From the NCBI GenBank assembly GCA_001599295.1, contig BCGN01000009.1, forward strand, positions 558,001 to 622,000: DNA of 64,000 bases. The letters are read 5' to 3'. Position numbers and translations under genes: made by a program. Below the pieces are notes generated by a model, which saw only the letters and a list, made by a program, of their open reading frames with translations, was not told the origin of the DNA and did not search any database. This DNA comes from Sporopachydermia quercuum (taxonomy: Eukaryota). This document shows positions 48,629 through 60,375 of this stretch, piece by piece; the first letter of the stretch is position 1, and the number at the start of each line of letters is the position of its first letter.

Positions 48629-50419
48629 CTAATTACCAAACTCACTTAATCTTCTAGCAATATGTTGAATAGTATGATCATGATCAGCTTCTTCTACTGC
48701 CTTCTTAAATCTACTCTTGATTCTCTCTTTTTCTTGTTCCTCAAACTGACCCATTACGGGTGGCATACTTTCATTAGCCATATCCATAGTCTTGGCTTCT
48801 TCGAAAGAGTGAATGGCATTCTTGATACCTTCTGATCCCAACATCAGCGTACCAGAAGGTAGCTTTCCACCAAGTTTGGCCTTCAATTCGCTAACTTGTT
48901 CAGATTCACCACGCAAAACTTGAAACATCCTAGACATTCTGCCAATTGCGAGGACCTTGTTTCTTAGTGCTTTCCTTTTAGCTGCTGATAATCTTCCACT
49001 TGCCCCTCCTTTATCTGTCTCATCAGTTTCAGCGGTTTCATCAGCATTTTCACTAACATCTGTAGGTCCAACACTTTCATCACGTTTTAGTTTAGAAGCT
49101 TCTGATGGCANTTGTGACGCTTCAGCTGATAGTACACGTTCCAAAGGAATTACTTCATCCAGCTCTTCCTGCGTGCACACGTTCAAAATTGCCATAAGCA
49201 TTTGAGTGACTTTCTCACCAATGAAAGGCAATGACCATGAAAATACATCCATATACTTAGGCAAACGATAAGGGTGTGGAGAACAGTTGAATTGTCTGAC
49301 GTTCATAATATTATTCTCATATTTCAAAATAGCTGCCCTATTATCAAAACTATCAACGTAATTAGGAGCAGAAAATAGCGTAAGCAATGATGGAAATCCC
49401 ATTTTCTCTGTAGCTTTATACATTCTATAGCCTTGTGATTGGACCTCATGAGCTCTGATAACTGACAGTAAGTTATTACGTTCCAAAAACTTACAAACAC
49501 CGCGATACGAGTAAGCATAAGAACAACCTCTTAGGTTATTTACACTGAAATCTCGGGCACTCAAATTGCGATCATAGTCTTCTAGAGGATCAGACCATAA
49601 GATATCACACATCATACCTTTAGTTGGAGGTTCTCTAAATCTATCAATCTTTCTTACGTCATCAATGGTTTGAGCTTCAGGTGATAGCCCACCGTGACAA
49701 CAGAAGAACTGCTTGTTGACATGGGCGGCTAATGGTAAACAATCAAAAGAATCACAGAATACTTCGTAAGTGCCCAGATTGTACTTATAGTTACATTCTG
49801 CCTTAAATGTAAAGTATTCAGTTAAATGTCTACATTCATGATTACCTCTTAACAGGAAGAACGAATCAGGATAAGTGATCTTCAAAGAATAAAGGTATAG
49901 CACACATTCACATGAATAATCACCACGGTCAACATAATCACCAAGAAACAAATACCTGCAATCAGCAGGATCGCCACCAACCTCTAACAGCTTGAGCAAA
50001 TCATAATATTGACCATGAATATCACCACATATAGTTATGGGAGCAGGAAGGGTCAATACAGTTTCTTCAGCACGAAATATACTTTCTGCTGCCGATACAA
50101 TCTTGGTTACTTGGCTTTCTGATAATCTTCCTTCATGAAAAAAATGATCTCGCAGAAATTCAAGATTGGGTTTACCGTCTTCTTGAAAGACTTCACTGTC
50201 TTCAGGTATCTTAGAAGCAGGATATGGTACCGATGTTACTATACGATTTTTTGTTGATACTTCAGTTCCATCTTCTCTTATGAATACACTGAAATCACGT
50301 TGCACTTCATTATGTTTCTTTGCATGGACCGCTTTGATGGTCTTCTCCACACGATCACCTACATCTAAAGTACTATGGTCAGGCACCACAAATGAAGGAG
50401 TAGAGCTTCGGTCTTCCAT
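48629..50419 (-). CDS. CNA1: Calcineurin catalytic subunit A, 596 aa
   Basis: [30 protein letters not shown], CnB-binding [10 protein letters not shown], calmodulin-binding [18 protein letters not shown], autoinhibitory SFEEAK. Confidence 0.93.
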   Translation of the reverse strand: MEDRSSTPSFVVPDHSTLDVGDRVEKTIKAVHAKKHNEVQRDFSVFIREDGTEVSTKNRIVTSVPYPASKIPEDSEVFQEDGKPNLEFLRDHFFHEGRLSESQVTKIVSAAESIFRAEETVLTLPAPITICGDIHGQYYDLLKLLEVGGDPADCRYLFLGDYVDRGDYSCECVLYLYSLKITYPDSFFLLRGNHECRHLTEYFTFKAECNYKYNLGTYEVFCDSFDCLPLAAHVNKQFFCCHGGLSPEAQTIDDVRKIDRFREPPTKGMMCDILWSDPLEDYDRNLSARDFSVNNLRGCSYAYSYRGVCKFLERNNLLSVIRAHEVQSQGYRMYKATEKMGFPSLLTLFSAPNYVDSFDNRAAILKYENNIMNVRQFNCSPHPYRLPKYMDVFSWSLPFIGEKVTQMLMAILNVCTQEELDEVIPLERVLSAEASQXPSEASKLKRDESVGPTDVSENADETAETDETDKGGASGRLSAAKRKALRNKVLAIGRMSRMFQVLRGESEQVSELKAKLGGKLPSGTLMLGSEGIKNAIHSFEEAKTMDMANESMPPVMGQFEEQEKERIKSRFKKAVEEADHDHTIQHIARRLSEFGN

Positions 50420-50450
50420 GATGTGTTGATTTACTGGTTATGAGTAATCC

Positions 50451-50599
50451 CTGTTCAATTTGATGTTAGTAAATTACATCCAAATGCTATTATCTTGACA
50501 CTCTTTTGAATAAAGGGTATTGNAATTATTCCATTTACACAANGGACACTTTACAGTATCTTCAATTGCCAAGAACAGAACAATACCACTCATACTAAC
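50451..50599 (-). other. Probable 5'-UTR intron of CNA1
   Basis: Minus strand TACTAAC-atcaaattgaa-CAG ends 31 nt before the ATG. Donor candidate AAG|GTTAGT at 50599. An in-frame TAA before the ATG excludes a coding upstream exon. Confidence 0.55.
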
Positions 50600-50954
50600 C
50601 TTTCAATTATATTCCTTTCTTGAATGCAACACTAGCAATTGTTAATATAACTACTCTACAAAGTCATTTAATATATGTCATTCACTGATTATTGTTTTAA
50701 CTGGCCACTCAAGCTTTCGTTTCTTCTCAAACAATGAACGGAAGCAATCAATTGTTTTAGTGGTGACACAAGGTAAAACTGGCTGCAGTTTAATGCAGTT
50801 ATCGGTCAAGTGATGTGTCTTAAAATAGGAAGCAACTACTGTGTTAGTAGCATTTTATGCATGAGTATGCAGAGTCAAAAATGGTGGAACTTTACGTCTA
50901 CCCCAACAGTTGATGGATATAATCTGGAATTCTAAGCAAAGGCCAGGTTAATAC

Positions 50955-50964
50955 TGAAAAATTT
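50955..50964 (+). promoter_or_regulatory. RRPE element upstream of TSR2
   Basis: TGAAAAATTT about 480 bp upstream of a ribosome-biogenesis gene. Confidence 0.55.
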
Positions 50965-51439
50965 CAGATTATTATTGGTGGTTCTGGTCCAAGAATAATT
51001 TGCCCTCAAACTTGGTTCTCTATAAAAAAATACATAGAACACCTTGTCAATTCAATACGCTCATTACCGCATCTGCCCTAATTAACACCGGTCGTTTATG
51101 TAACCTTTCCAACCTTATTTTATCTCCGCAATTTTACGATTACATACACGAATGTTAGGGATATTATTATATCTTCACATAATCTCCGAAATTTTATCTC
51201 TATTTTCCTTTAACCAAAAAAATTTTAATTACTATGCAAAACAATCAGCTATCAGATTTCATGAGAAATAACAGCTGCTTCAGCGTTTAATCCTTAGGGA
51301 ATCATCAAAACTTTTATTCCTCGTCAAGCATTGGAAGAACTGTTCTTTATTCGTCAGTTCATGACCTTCAGTACTACGCTTATTGCATTCCATTTCAACT
51401 ATCACCATTCATCATAAATCCTTTATTTACCACATAAAC

Positions 51440-52078
51440 ATGGCTGACAGTTTTGTTGAAACGAACAAGAAAACACTTGCCTTCGAAGGCAAAGTTCAGA
51501 AGCGATTTGAGTTGGGTGTCTGTATGGCATTGTACAATTGGAATGAGCTGACTATAGCTGTTGAAAATCAATGGGGTGGTGCTGATTCTAGTGATAAGCG
51601 TGATTGGCTTATTGGTACAGTTATTGACTTATTCCTTGAGAATAACGTCATGGATGCAGCCTCTATTGAAGATAGACTATTGGATATTATGGATGTTGAA
51701 TTTGGTGTTGGTTTGGAAGACGATTCTGCCTGGGAAGTTGGTTTGAAGGTGATTGAAATATATAAGCAATGTGCTCTTGAGAATTTCGTCATGGTCGATG
51801 AAATGTATGAAAAGTACCAAACAAAGCAGGCCAAGAATAGCAGTGCGAATGTTGTAGTTGTAGACGAAAATGGTGCACCTGCTAGTGATGATGATGAGGA
51901 TGAAGATGGGGATTATAACAAGGAAGAAAACGGTCAGGAAAGAGTATCTAATGACAATTACAATAATGATAAGGAGAACATTGAAATGATGGATGTCGAA
52001 CCAGAAGTTCAAGGTCCAATAATAGATGATGATGGGTTTGAATTGGTTCAAAAGAAAGGCAAAGGAAGAAGAAGGTGA
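51440..52078 (+). CDS. TSR2: Pre-rRNA processing / eS26 escortin Tsr2, 212 aa
   Basis: WGG motif (LTIAVENQWGGADSSDKRDWL), EDDSA, acidic tail ending DDDGFELVQKKG. First ATG at 51440. Confidence 0.93.
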   Translation: MADSFVETNKKTLAFEGKVQKRFELGVCMALYNWNELTIAVENQWGGADSSDKRDWLIGTVIDLFLENNVMDAASIEDRLLDIMDVEFGVGLEDDSAWEVGLKVIEIYKQCALENFVMVDEMYEKYQTKQAKNSSANVVVVDENGAPASDDDEDEDGDYNKEENGQERVSNDNYNNDKENIEMMDVEPEVQGPIIDDDGFELVQKKGKGRRR

Positions 52079-53131
52079 AGGTGAAGATGAAAAGAGTTGG
52101 TGGTTGGTTGTTAATTGCTATTAGTTTGTAGATATAGGATAAGGCATAGGATAGTAAGAGAGAATGATAGAAACAGTAGGATTATTATATGTACGTACAT
52201 GAGAAGAATAAAAGATAGATGTATGGCGATAACATATTGAAGTAAACGATTAAACGGAAGTTCGTGTTAATTCAACGATAGAGCGCTTTGAATTTAAACC
52301 AAGAGAACAAGGTGCTGAAGCGTCAGACAGAGTCAATTATAGTAATCAAATGGTTACTCATCAGCCACTGGTGAGTTTGATCCTAATAAGAAATGTTTTA
52401 TGATACATGAGCCAGAGTGCAATGTAGTTGTAACAATAATCTGAAATATTGCCAAAGAGACAAGGAGATACTCTTCACTGTAAAAGATTGCAATAATGAT
52501 CAATGTGATTATTATCAATTACGGTAAATGTTGTATAAATTGCAAGTTGAGCTGAAGTCAACTAGATAATGATGCAACAAGAATGCACCATTGTCTTCTT
52601 CGGCTATTTTTGATCAAAGCCTTGTTCCGTCTCTTCCTTCTGTTTTCAGTTGATGGAAACTCATNGACAAATTGTTTACAATTATTTCGTGAACTACTCG
52701 ATATAATTCGGTACTCTTTCATGTAATAGCATCTCATACATTATTATATATTCTATGACTTTCCATTAAACCATTCAAAGTAGTTTCACTTGTCGAACAA
52801 CTCTTCCACTTCTTTCTACGTCGTAAATCGTCATGTAAATGTAATAAAGCACTGAATCCTTCGTATTCTTCTGTTTATTGTTGTCCTTACTACTATTGTG
52901 CTCACTCTACGCCATGCCATTATTCTTTGAGTTAATACTCATGCGTAGCATAGTTATTAAATGAAATTGATCCATTCGATGTACCAGGGCCACTAGGCTA
53001 AGAGATAGGTCAAATCCTAGCGGTACCCTTGGCTTGTTAGATATTAGCTAATCAGATATTACAGCAATTAACAACTATATTTCTCTCTTTTCACTCGCTT
53101 ATCCTCTGTGGCATATCAACGTTTTAGGTCC

Positions 53132-55858
53132 TCATCTTCGTTCAAAACCTTTCAGGACTTTGTCGGCAATTGCATCTACAGCCCCCTGAGGTTGTAGCAA
53201 ACTGACATTTCTTTTCCCCGTTGCTNGCACTCTGAACATCCTGATCTTGGTTCCAGAGAATATCTTGACATTGATAATGTCTTTAATACTGGTAGTAGTG
53301 CTAGCATTGTCACCACTATTAGTACTACTGCTCGTGTTATTCCCGNGAAATCCAAATTTAAACCCAGATATAGAAATTGGTAGATTGAAAGAGAAATCAG
53401 TGATTCCATCAACTGATTTCAACTCATTTTCAAATATTGATATCCAAATAATTGACTTGTACCATTTAAACAACTGACTAGTCCATTTGAATTGAATACA
53501 ATTAGTATGCTGATAAGTAGATATAACGGTTTCTGGCAGTAACACAGTTAACGGTAGTTCTCGGATCTTTTCGATATATTCGAATGAGTAAGGAGCATTA
53601 ATTGCTGCTGCAGGGTTCTTAGTAGAATCAGTACTTCTAGCAGTATCTCTTGTTGTAGATGCTGGAAGAATATTGCTATTCGCTTGAGAATTAACATACA
53701 AATTCTGCTTTATGCTGGCAATGAGTTTTAATAGGATTGGTACATTTTTAGGCATAGAAACCGTATCATTAGTGATTTTCTGTTTCCCGAGTGAGTTTCT
53801 GCTTGGAATACTTGAGGATTGGTTATTCTTACCGGAATTTGAAGTGGACGAATAAGAAGATTCAATTGAATTTCTTTCGTTGTTTCCATGATTTATTGAG
53901 CTTTCAGGATCAACAAACCCTCTTCTTCTTTCATTCTCTTCAAAGAAGCTTTCCTCGATTTCAAGGTTCTTGTATTCTCCATTGTATTTATCTAAACATC
54001 TTGTCAAAGAGTCATATAGATATTCCAATGTTTTTTCATTGTTCATTATAGTGAACGTAACAATTACGTTGTCGTGATAGTTATTGATTATCATTAGGCA
54101 AACAGCTTCGAATAAATACTCAACCAGTTTGAATCTGCTACTGCTGATAGCAAGATCGTTAGTAATAGCAGTCGTGCTATTGCCATTAGCAGAATTAATG
54201 GTAGAAACACTATTCGATCTAGCTTTATTACTGTTGCTAATCCTTCTGACCAAATGGCCTTCTTTACAAAACTCCTGTAGGAGATTGAGTATGGACTGAA
54301 TTGAGGTAATTGTATATAATTTACCATTGATTGATAAATTATAAATACATTTAATCAAGTCTGGTACTAATAAATATAAATTATTGCTATTATTGTTGAT
54401 TCCAGCTTTAATCAATGAATAAACCACGGTAATAAGCAAATCGTAGTATGAGCCATTGAACGAATTGATATTGAATTCAATTGGCGATAAATATGTCAGG
54501 GAAGGTGACTTGCCATAATAAGCACGCAAATCGTCCTGAGTGACTGCCGTTGAAACTGCTTGAATAACAGTTGGAAATGTTGATAAATAAACTAGAATAC
54601 TAGCAGATATCCTTGATAGATTTATATCAATAGCTGGTGAATTGCCATTGGCAGCACTACTTGCAGTATCAATAAACGTCCTGAGATAGGACTTGTTANT
54701 ACTATTGTAGTCTGTTGATTTACCAATAATAGCTAACAAACTATTGAATAAACTAATGATATCTTCACGGCTGCTCAGAACGTAATTCCTTAACTTTTTG
54801 TTGCATTGAATTAACTCCCAAACCAGTATCACTGTATCTTTTGCCGCCTTGGACGAGATTAGCCCTTTAAGTCCGTCCCACAGATACTCCAGTTCAGGCT
54901 GTTTATGAATTTTGCTTGTATAATAACGAACCATGTTCTGCTGCTCATCATTCGTATATACTAGTAGAATATTCAGAATCTCTTGACAGTGTATTACTAG
55001 CTGGTTGTACGGTAAAGTTGTAGTACTGTTAAAGGTAGAAATACCATTACTACCATCGACAGTTAAGCCTTGGAATTTAAGAATAGTATTAAGCAGTGAA
55101 CAAGAGAGTAAAAGCAGCTTTACTTTATTGAGATTCATTAATATCCTCAAATAGTTGGATTCTTCTTCTTTATACATTCTCCTACTACTAATTACCAGAA
55201 TCAGACGCAAAGCCTCAATTCTATTCAAAAGTATTGCTTGAGATGTAGAGGAGACTGCTGATGCAGTTGCCAGAGAGTCTCCTGACCCGATTCCTTGTTC
55301 CCATAGACGATATTCAATTGCTGGCCTTCCGTCAGGCTCGCCGTGTTCCCCGCTTGGTGCAAGCTCATTGTCAATAGTAAATCCTTTGATGAATAGTAGA
55401 TCAATCGTAGCACTAACAAATGACTCGGCAAACGAAGAATCGTCTTTAATCCCTACAACTGTTTCTTCCCATCGTCTCAAATCGGAACCTTCTTCCTCGT
55501 ATATAAATGGAAATAGCCTTGTAAGAAGTCGTACGCAATTAAGCAGTTGGCTGTGGAGCTGACCAGAAGGAAGGGTATTGCTGGATGCACTCAGTGCAGG
55601 AGTTGTAGATGTTTCAGTATCTAGTGTGCTTAGTAGATATATCAGTCTTTTGATTAAAACTTCAATTAGAAGCTTGAAATTGCCGATATTTCGCGATCGC
55701 AGAAGGCGAATATCGTTATTTGTTAATGCTGAGAAAATATCTTGACATGATAGGTCAGCGGAGTAGAATCTGGCCCAATCGATCGAATTAGATGTCTTCG
55801 TGTTAATCAGCGTCGAGATATTCTCTTTAAGCAGAAGTTTGGACCCTTCAGCTCCCAT
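53132..55858 (-). CDS. ECM30: Hid1/Ecm30-family protein, 908 aa
   Basis: Myristoylation-type N-terminus MGAEGSK, LNCVRLLTRLFPFIYE, LWEQGIG, C-terminal FSGTKIRMF. Follows CNA1-TSR2, as in S. cerevisiae. Confidence 0.82.
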   Translation of the reverse strand: MGAEGSKLLLKENISTLINTKTSNSIDWARFYSADLSCQDIFSALTNNDIRLLRSRNIGNFKLLIEVLIKRLIYLLSTLDTETSTTPALSASSNTLPSGQLHSQLLNCVRLLTRLFPFIYEEEGSDLRRWEETVVGIKDDSSFAESFVSATIDLLFIKGFTIDNELAPSGEHGEPDGRPAIEYRLWEQGIGSGDSLATASAVSSTSQAILLNRIEALRLILVISSRRMYKEEESNYLRILMNLNKVKLLLLSCSLLNTILKFQGLTVDGSNGISTFNSTTTLPYNQLVIHCQEILNILLVYTNDEQQNMVRYYTSKIHKQPELEYLWDGLKGLISSKAAKDTVILVWELIQCNKKLRNYVLSSREDIISLFNSLLAIIGKSTDYNSXNKSYLRTFIDTASSAANGNSPAIDINLSRISASILVYLSTFPTVIQAVSTAVTQDDLRAYYGKSPSLTYLSPIEFNINSFNGSYYDLLITVVYSLIKAGINNNSNNLYLLVPDLIKCIYNLSINGKLYTITSIQSILNLLQEFCKEGHLVRRISNSNKARSNSVSTINSANGNSTTAITNDLAISSSRFKLVEYLFEAVCLMIINNYHDNVIVTFTIMNNEKTLEYLYDSLTRCLDKYNGEYKNLEIEESFFEENERRRGFVDPESSINHGNNERNSIESSYSSTSNSGKNNQSSSIPSRNSLGKQKITNDTVSMPKNVPILLKLIASIKQNLYVNSQANSNILPASTTRDTARSTDSTKNPAAAINAPYSFEYIEKIRELPLTVLLPETVISTYQHTNCIQFKWTSQLFKWYKSIIWISIFENELKSVDGITDFSFNLPISISGFKFGFXGNNTSSSTNSGDNASTTTSIKDIINVKIFSGTKIRMFRVXATGKRNVSLLQPQGAVDAIADKVLKGFERR

Positions 55859-57654
55859 TGTAAGGACTAGGATTTCCAGTGATCAGAATTATACCAAGCT
55901 GATGGTAGTGGTTATTATAGAGATGATAAGGATTATGCAGATGATACTAATGGAAACAGATCGCGTGGATGCAGAAGGGTACTGAGAAGAACTGGCAGAA
56001 CAACAAAGCTATCACTCGTCAGAGCAAATATATAAGCGACTGTATGTAGAAAAATAACACTTTTCCAATGCAAGTTTTGTTGATTATTGTATGCAAAACA
56101 GTGGATATGTAATAAAATGATATAGAAACAATTATAATAGATAAACGAAAGGAAGAAAGCAATTAAAAAGAGTTCATGTCGGGTAGCTTTAAGGTTTGAG
56201 CTGTACTTAAAGTTTTGCTTGGAGTTAAAGATTAGGTGAACTCAATTAAGAGAAGAGGATAAATTAGTTGGGAGGTACAGATGAACAAACGTTTTGTAAG
56301 GTGATAAGAAGAGGTAGTTGAGAGGATCTTCGTTGTTGGTATTGATTGTGTTGTACGAAGTTTGCCTTTTCCAACTATAGTAACTATTCAAATATTCAAA
56401 TGTAAGCAAGGTGATGGAACTAAGACTCAAGGCAAAATTGCTTGAGGTTCTGGTTTACGTTATAGGTTTTGAGTTTGGAACTTTGTTTGCACTGTTCGTT
56501 ACTTGTAACCATAAATCCAAACCTTATTTGTGTTGCATTGTTCATGCGTAAATCCCAAACTTTAAATCGAATATTCATTCTTTCAACTGAAAGCAGGCAC
56601 TATTTGATGTCTTCTTATCAATGATACATGAACCAATTTTCTCTGCAAGCCATATATTTGTTTCCTAATATCGAATGTAATAATCAATTCGACTACTTTT
56701 CAGTGATTTTTTCTCCCTTCTTATCTTTTCATTCTTCAATCTGCAAGTCAGTCAATAAAATGGGTGGAATAGGCCACGGACCATCTACAATTATTCTATA
56801 ATCACCACCGTGGCATAACATCTATTAGAAATAGAAGATAATATAATTTGGTGTAAAAAAATTAAAAAATTAATGTCAATTCTTGTTTGAAGTCCATTAC
56901 ATTTTCGTACGAGTTCTAAGAATCAGGCAGAACATTCTATCTGCTTCTTTTTGACGGATAAGTCTTCTGCTTAGAGAAGGTTGTGACTCATTATTTCGTA
57001 CCACCTATCCCCTTCCATTGCCATTCTGTTCCTTCTATTAACAGTTGATTATACTTATAATGACTATAAAAGCAGGAAAACATTTTGAATCGAAATTCGT
57101 TTATATATTATATATTATGCACATATTTATCAGCAGCTAATATTAATTCAAGCAGCTGGTTGGTAATTTCCCTGTTACCGTTCACCTACTCCATCCAACT
57201 TCCTAGCAATTGGAACTGGCACCCTTTCCACTTCTCTCATTGAAGCGAACTCGTCAACCGATTTGTAGAAATAACAAGTGGATTCTACAGAAAAGACGTC
57301 AGTTTCCGAATATCCCTTCTAATTGTATTGAGCTGTCGTTTTGATTCAATTTTCTATAGATTTGATTGAACTGTGCTGTTGTTGCTTCATTCGGTTCTTT
57401 GGTTGATCTGCTAGTGCATTTGTCCGCTCGTTCGGTTGTGCAACGGCAGAAAAGAAGGAATCAAACACCTGCGAAAAGGACATCAGGAATTCCGCCAAAC
57501 CAGAAATTTACAGAATACTACTTTCATTTCAAGTTCTTTTTCATTGTTTTACACCGTCGTTCCTAGGTGAACTATTCCGTATCTTGAGCACTGCATTACC
57601 ACTGATCATCTCCCCATAGCCGCCTACATCGTACGACCGTATAGCCTAATAAAA

Positions 57655-59571
57655 ATGGAAATCATGGTGGAATCAGCCTACAATCCTATTGGAAACGTGT
57701 CAATAGCCACCAATTCACCTTCTACGAATATCACCAAAAAACCTGCCTATTCCACCAGTTCTGCGAATACCAGCAGCTCTACAGGCTCTGTTTCTTCGGA
57801 CGATGTATCGTCCCCATTCAAATCTCTTCTGTCATGGATCCACAACACCGGAGGCAAATCCACGGCTTTTGTTTCTGCCAAAATCAATGTTGAGGAAACA
57901 AGAGATTCAAGAGGTATTGTCACCAAAAAGCCATTGAAGAAAAACGAGTTGTTGTTCAAAATTCCCCATTCTCATCTGTTCAACAAGGTCACCATCCTTG
58001 ACGAAATCGTTTACTATAAGAATGTACGACAGTATGGAGAGAAGAAAGCAAAAGAATTATTCAGAATCACTGACAAGAATAGCAATAATTCCTTAAACAA
58101 TAAAATCAACTTTTTGGCATATTCGGATTCAGTTTATACCGAATTATATTCGCTATTTGATGTTAAAGACTTGAATAATCTATCATCGTTTCAGTTACTG
58201 TCTTTCTATCTAACAGTTGAGAAGAAAAGGGGAGGCGAGTCATTTTGGGCTCCGTTTATTGAGATTTTACCTGAAGATACAGATTTCGACAATATGCCTT
58301 TAATTTGGATATTGGAAGAAAGAGAGAAGGAAAGGGGGAAGGAAAAAGAGAAGGAAAGACTAAAACAGAAACAGAAACATAAGCAGGAATCTGGTGATAG
58401 TAGCTCGGATGAGAAAAATACAAGAAGTAAAAGGAATAAGAAGGAAGCAGAGGAAGGAAGAGAAGCTCTATTGATTGATAATAAGCTGAAAGCGATTGAA
58501 CATGAGAATGAGAGTGAGAAAAGCATTATCAACATTAGCAGCAGTAGTAATATACAAGAAAGAGAATCTAAGAATACCGCTAATGGAATAAAAACTGTCC
58601 TTGCCACAGGAAACTCACCTGTAAAACAGCAACATCAACAAAATGGCTCGTCAACAAAAATAATCAATATCAAAGGAAACTCCACCAAATCTACAAATCC
58701 TAGCGACTCCTTATCGTCCTCTATTTTTGACTTGCTTCCCTTTAGCACTAAACAACATGCTAGGAAAGTTCTCTCACGATTTGAAGCGGACTACAGTGCT
58801 ATTTCTTCTCTCATCGCCAAATCATCACCAAATCCGTCCTCCTTCTATTTTTCTAAATCTGAATTCCTTTATTCTTGGATATGTGTGAATTCTCGTTGTC
58901 TCTACATGGATTTAAACCTATCAACTGAAAATAACTTCACAATGGCACCGTTTGTTGATTTCCTAAATCATTCAGAAACGCAAGAATGCAATATCGAAAT
59001 AAATTCTCTGGGCTTCAACGTTTCTACTAATAAGCCTTTTCCTATCAACCAGCAAATATTCTTCTCCTATGGTCCACACTCAAATGACTTCCTTCTGAAT
59101 GAATATGGATTCGTTCTCATGAAGAACAAATGGAATTACATTGATTTGAGTCCTGAGATCATTGCTATGATGGATCGGGTTCAGATTGAATATTTGAAGT
59201 CAATAGGTTATTATGGAGAGTATACACTTAATAAGCAGAGTGTTTCCTTTAGGACAGAAGTCGCGATGGCAGTCTTGCAACAAGAATTCAGAGGAAATGA
59301 TTATGATGATGGCAGAAATGATGCTATCAAAAGAAGGATTAATGCGTTTATTCAGGGAATTGGTGACGGAGACTTTTTCAATAGAAACAGCTATTTGATG
59401 CTGAAGAGCCTGTTGAAAGAAGTTATAATTGAGTGTGAGAGTAGACTTTACTTGGAATATGATGAGAAATGCATGAGGAGGAGAATCATTGGTCAACTAT
59501 ATAGAGAACGGATGGAGTTAGCTAAATGGTACGTTGATCATATTAACGATAAGGGTATTTTGGAAGAATGA
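57655..59571 (+). CDS. RKM2: SET-domain ribosomal lysine methyltransferase, Rkm2-like, 638 aa
   Basis: RGIVT, SFQLLSFYL, VNSRCLY, MAPFVDFLNH, FFSYGPHSNDFLLNEYGF, with a large K/E- and S/N-rich insertion. Confidence 0.8.
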   Translation: MEIMVESAYNPIGNVSIATNSPSTNITKKPAYSTSSANTSSSTGSVSSDDVSSPFKSLLSWIHNTGGKSTAFVSAKINVEETRDSRGIVTKKPLKKNELLFKIPHSHLFNKVTILDEIVYYKNVRQYGEKKAKELFRITDKNSNNSLNNKINFLAYSDSVYTELYSLFDVKDLNNLSSFQLLSFYLTVEKKRGGESFWAPFIEILPEDTDFDNMPLIWILEEREKERGKEKEKERLKQKQKHKQESGDSSSDEKNTRSKRNKKEAEEGREALLIDNKLKAIEHENESEKSIINISSSSNIQERESKNTANGIKTVLATGNSPVKQQHQQNGSSTKIINIKGNSTKSTNPSDSLSSSIFDLLPFSTKQHARKVLSRFEADYSAISSLIAKSSPNPSSFYFSKSEFLYSWICVNSRCLYMDLNLSTENNFTMAPFVDFLNHSETQECNIEINSLGFNVSTNKPFPINQQIFFSYGPHSNDFLLNEYGFVLMKNKWNYIDLSPEIIAMMDRVQIEYLKSIGYYGEYTLNKQSVSFRTEVAMAVLQQEFRGNDYDDGRNDAIKRRINAFIQGIGDGDFFNRNSYLMLKSLLKEVIIECESRLYLEYDEKCMRRRIIGQLYRERMELAKWYVDHINDKGILEE

Positions 59572-60375
59572 AATGTACATAAATAATTGAGTAAATAGTT
59601 AATGATATGATTTTTAATTTGAAGAAACAGTGAATTAGTTGAAGGCATTCTAATGATCAAATGAATGAATAAAAATGTAATATTCAATATGGTAGGAAAC
59701 AGGAATGGTGGTTATGTTAGGCACTGAATATTCCCCCTGGGTGTAGTACTCTCAGCTGTTCTCACAGAACTGGCACCAATAGTTATACTGGAATAACTTC
59801 TAATGCAGTAGATGGATGATGCCTCAAGAACTTGTTACAGTTAGTTATTAGATCTAATATTTGTTCATTGCCCATTATTCTATATTGCTAGTCTTACAGA
59901 AGCTTTGTTGGTAGGATGACTACTATTGGTATTCATGAGAGCAGAATGTATGGTAGTTAACAGGAAAGTAGTGCTATTGATTTGCTTTTCAGGTTGAATA
60001 GTCGCTGTTTGATCGTTAGGATGCCAGTTGTATATATTTGCTCAAAGTTCGATGACTAGTTACTGGATAGATTATTCATACTTCTGCTATCGAACAGATG
60101 TTTTCAGTGTGTAGTTGGTCTATAAATGCTAATATTTTACTAAAAGCGTTGGCAATGAGCTTTGCAGACGGTAGTAATAGTGCTAGTAGCAAGAGTACCA
60201 AATCAATGGTATTACTAAAGATGCTGAGAGCAGCAATANTATCCATAAGGTTCATAATAACAATCAACTGCTATCAGCTACCAGTGTTAGTAGTGCTGAT
60301 AGAATAATACTAATCATCTATAGTGCCTGTCGCATGACTCATGCCATTAAGCATTATCTATTAATTCAATCATCC

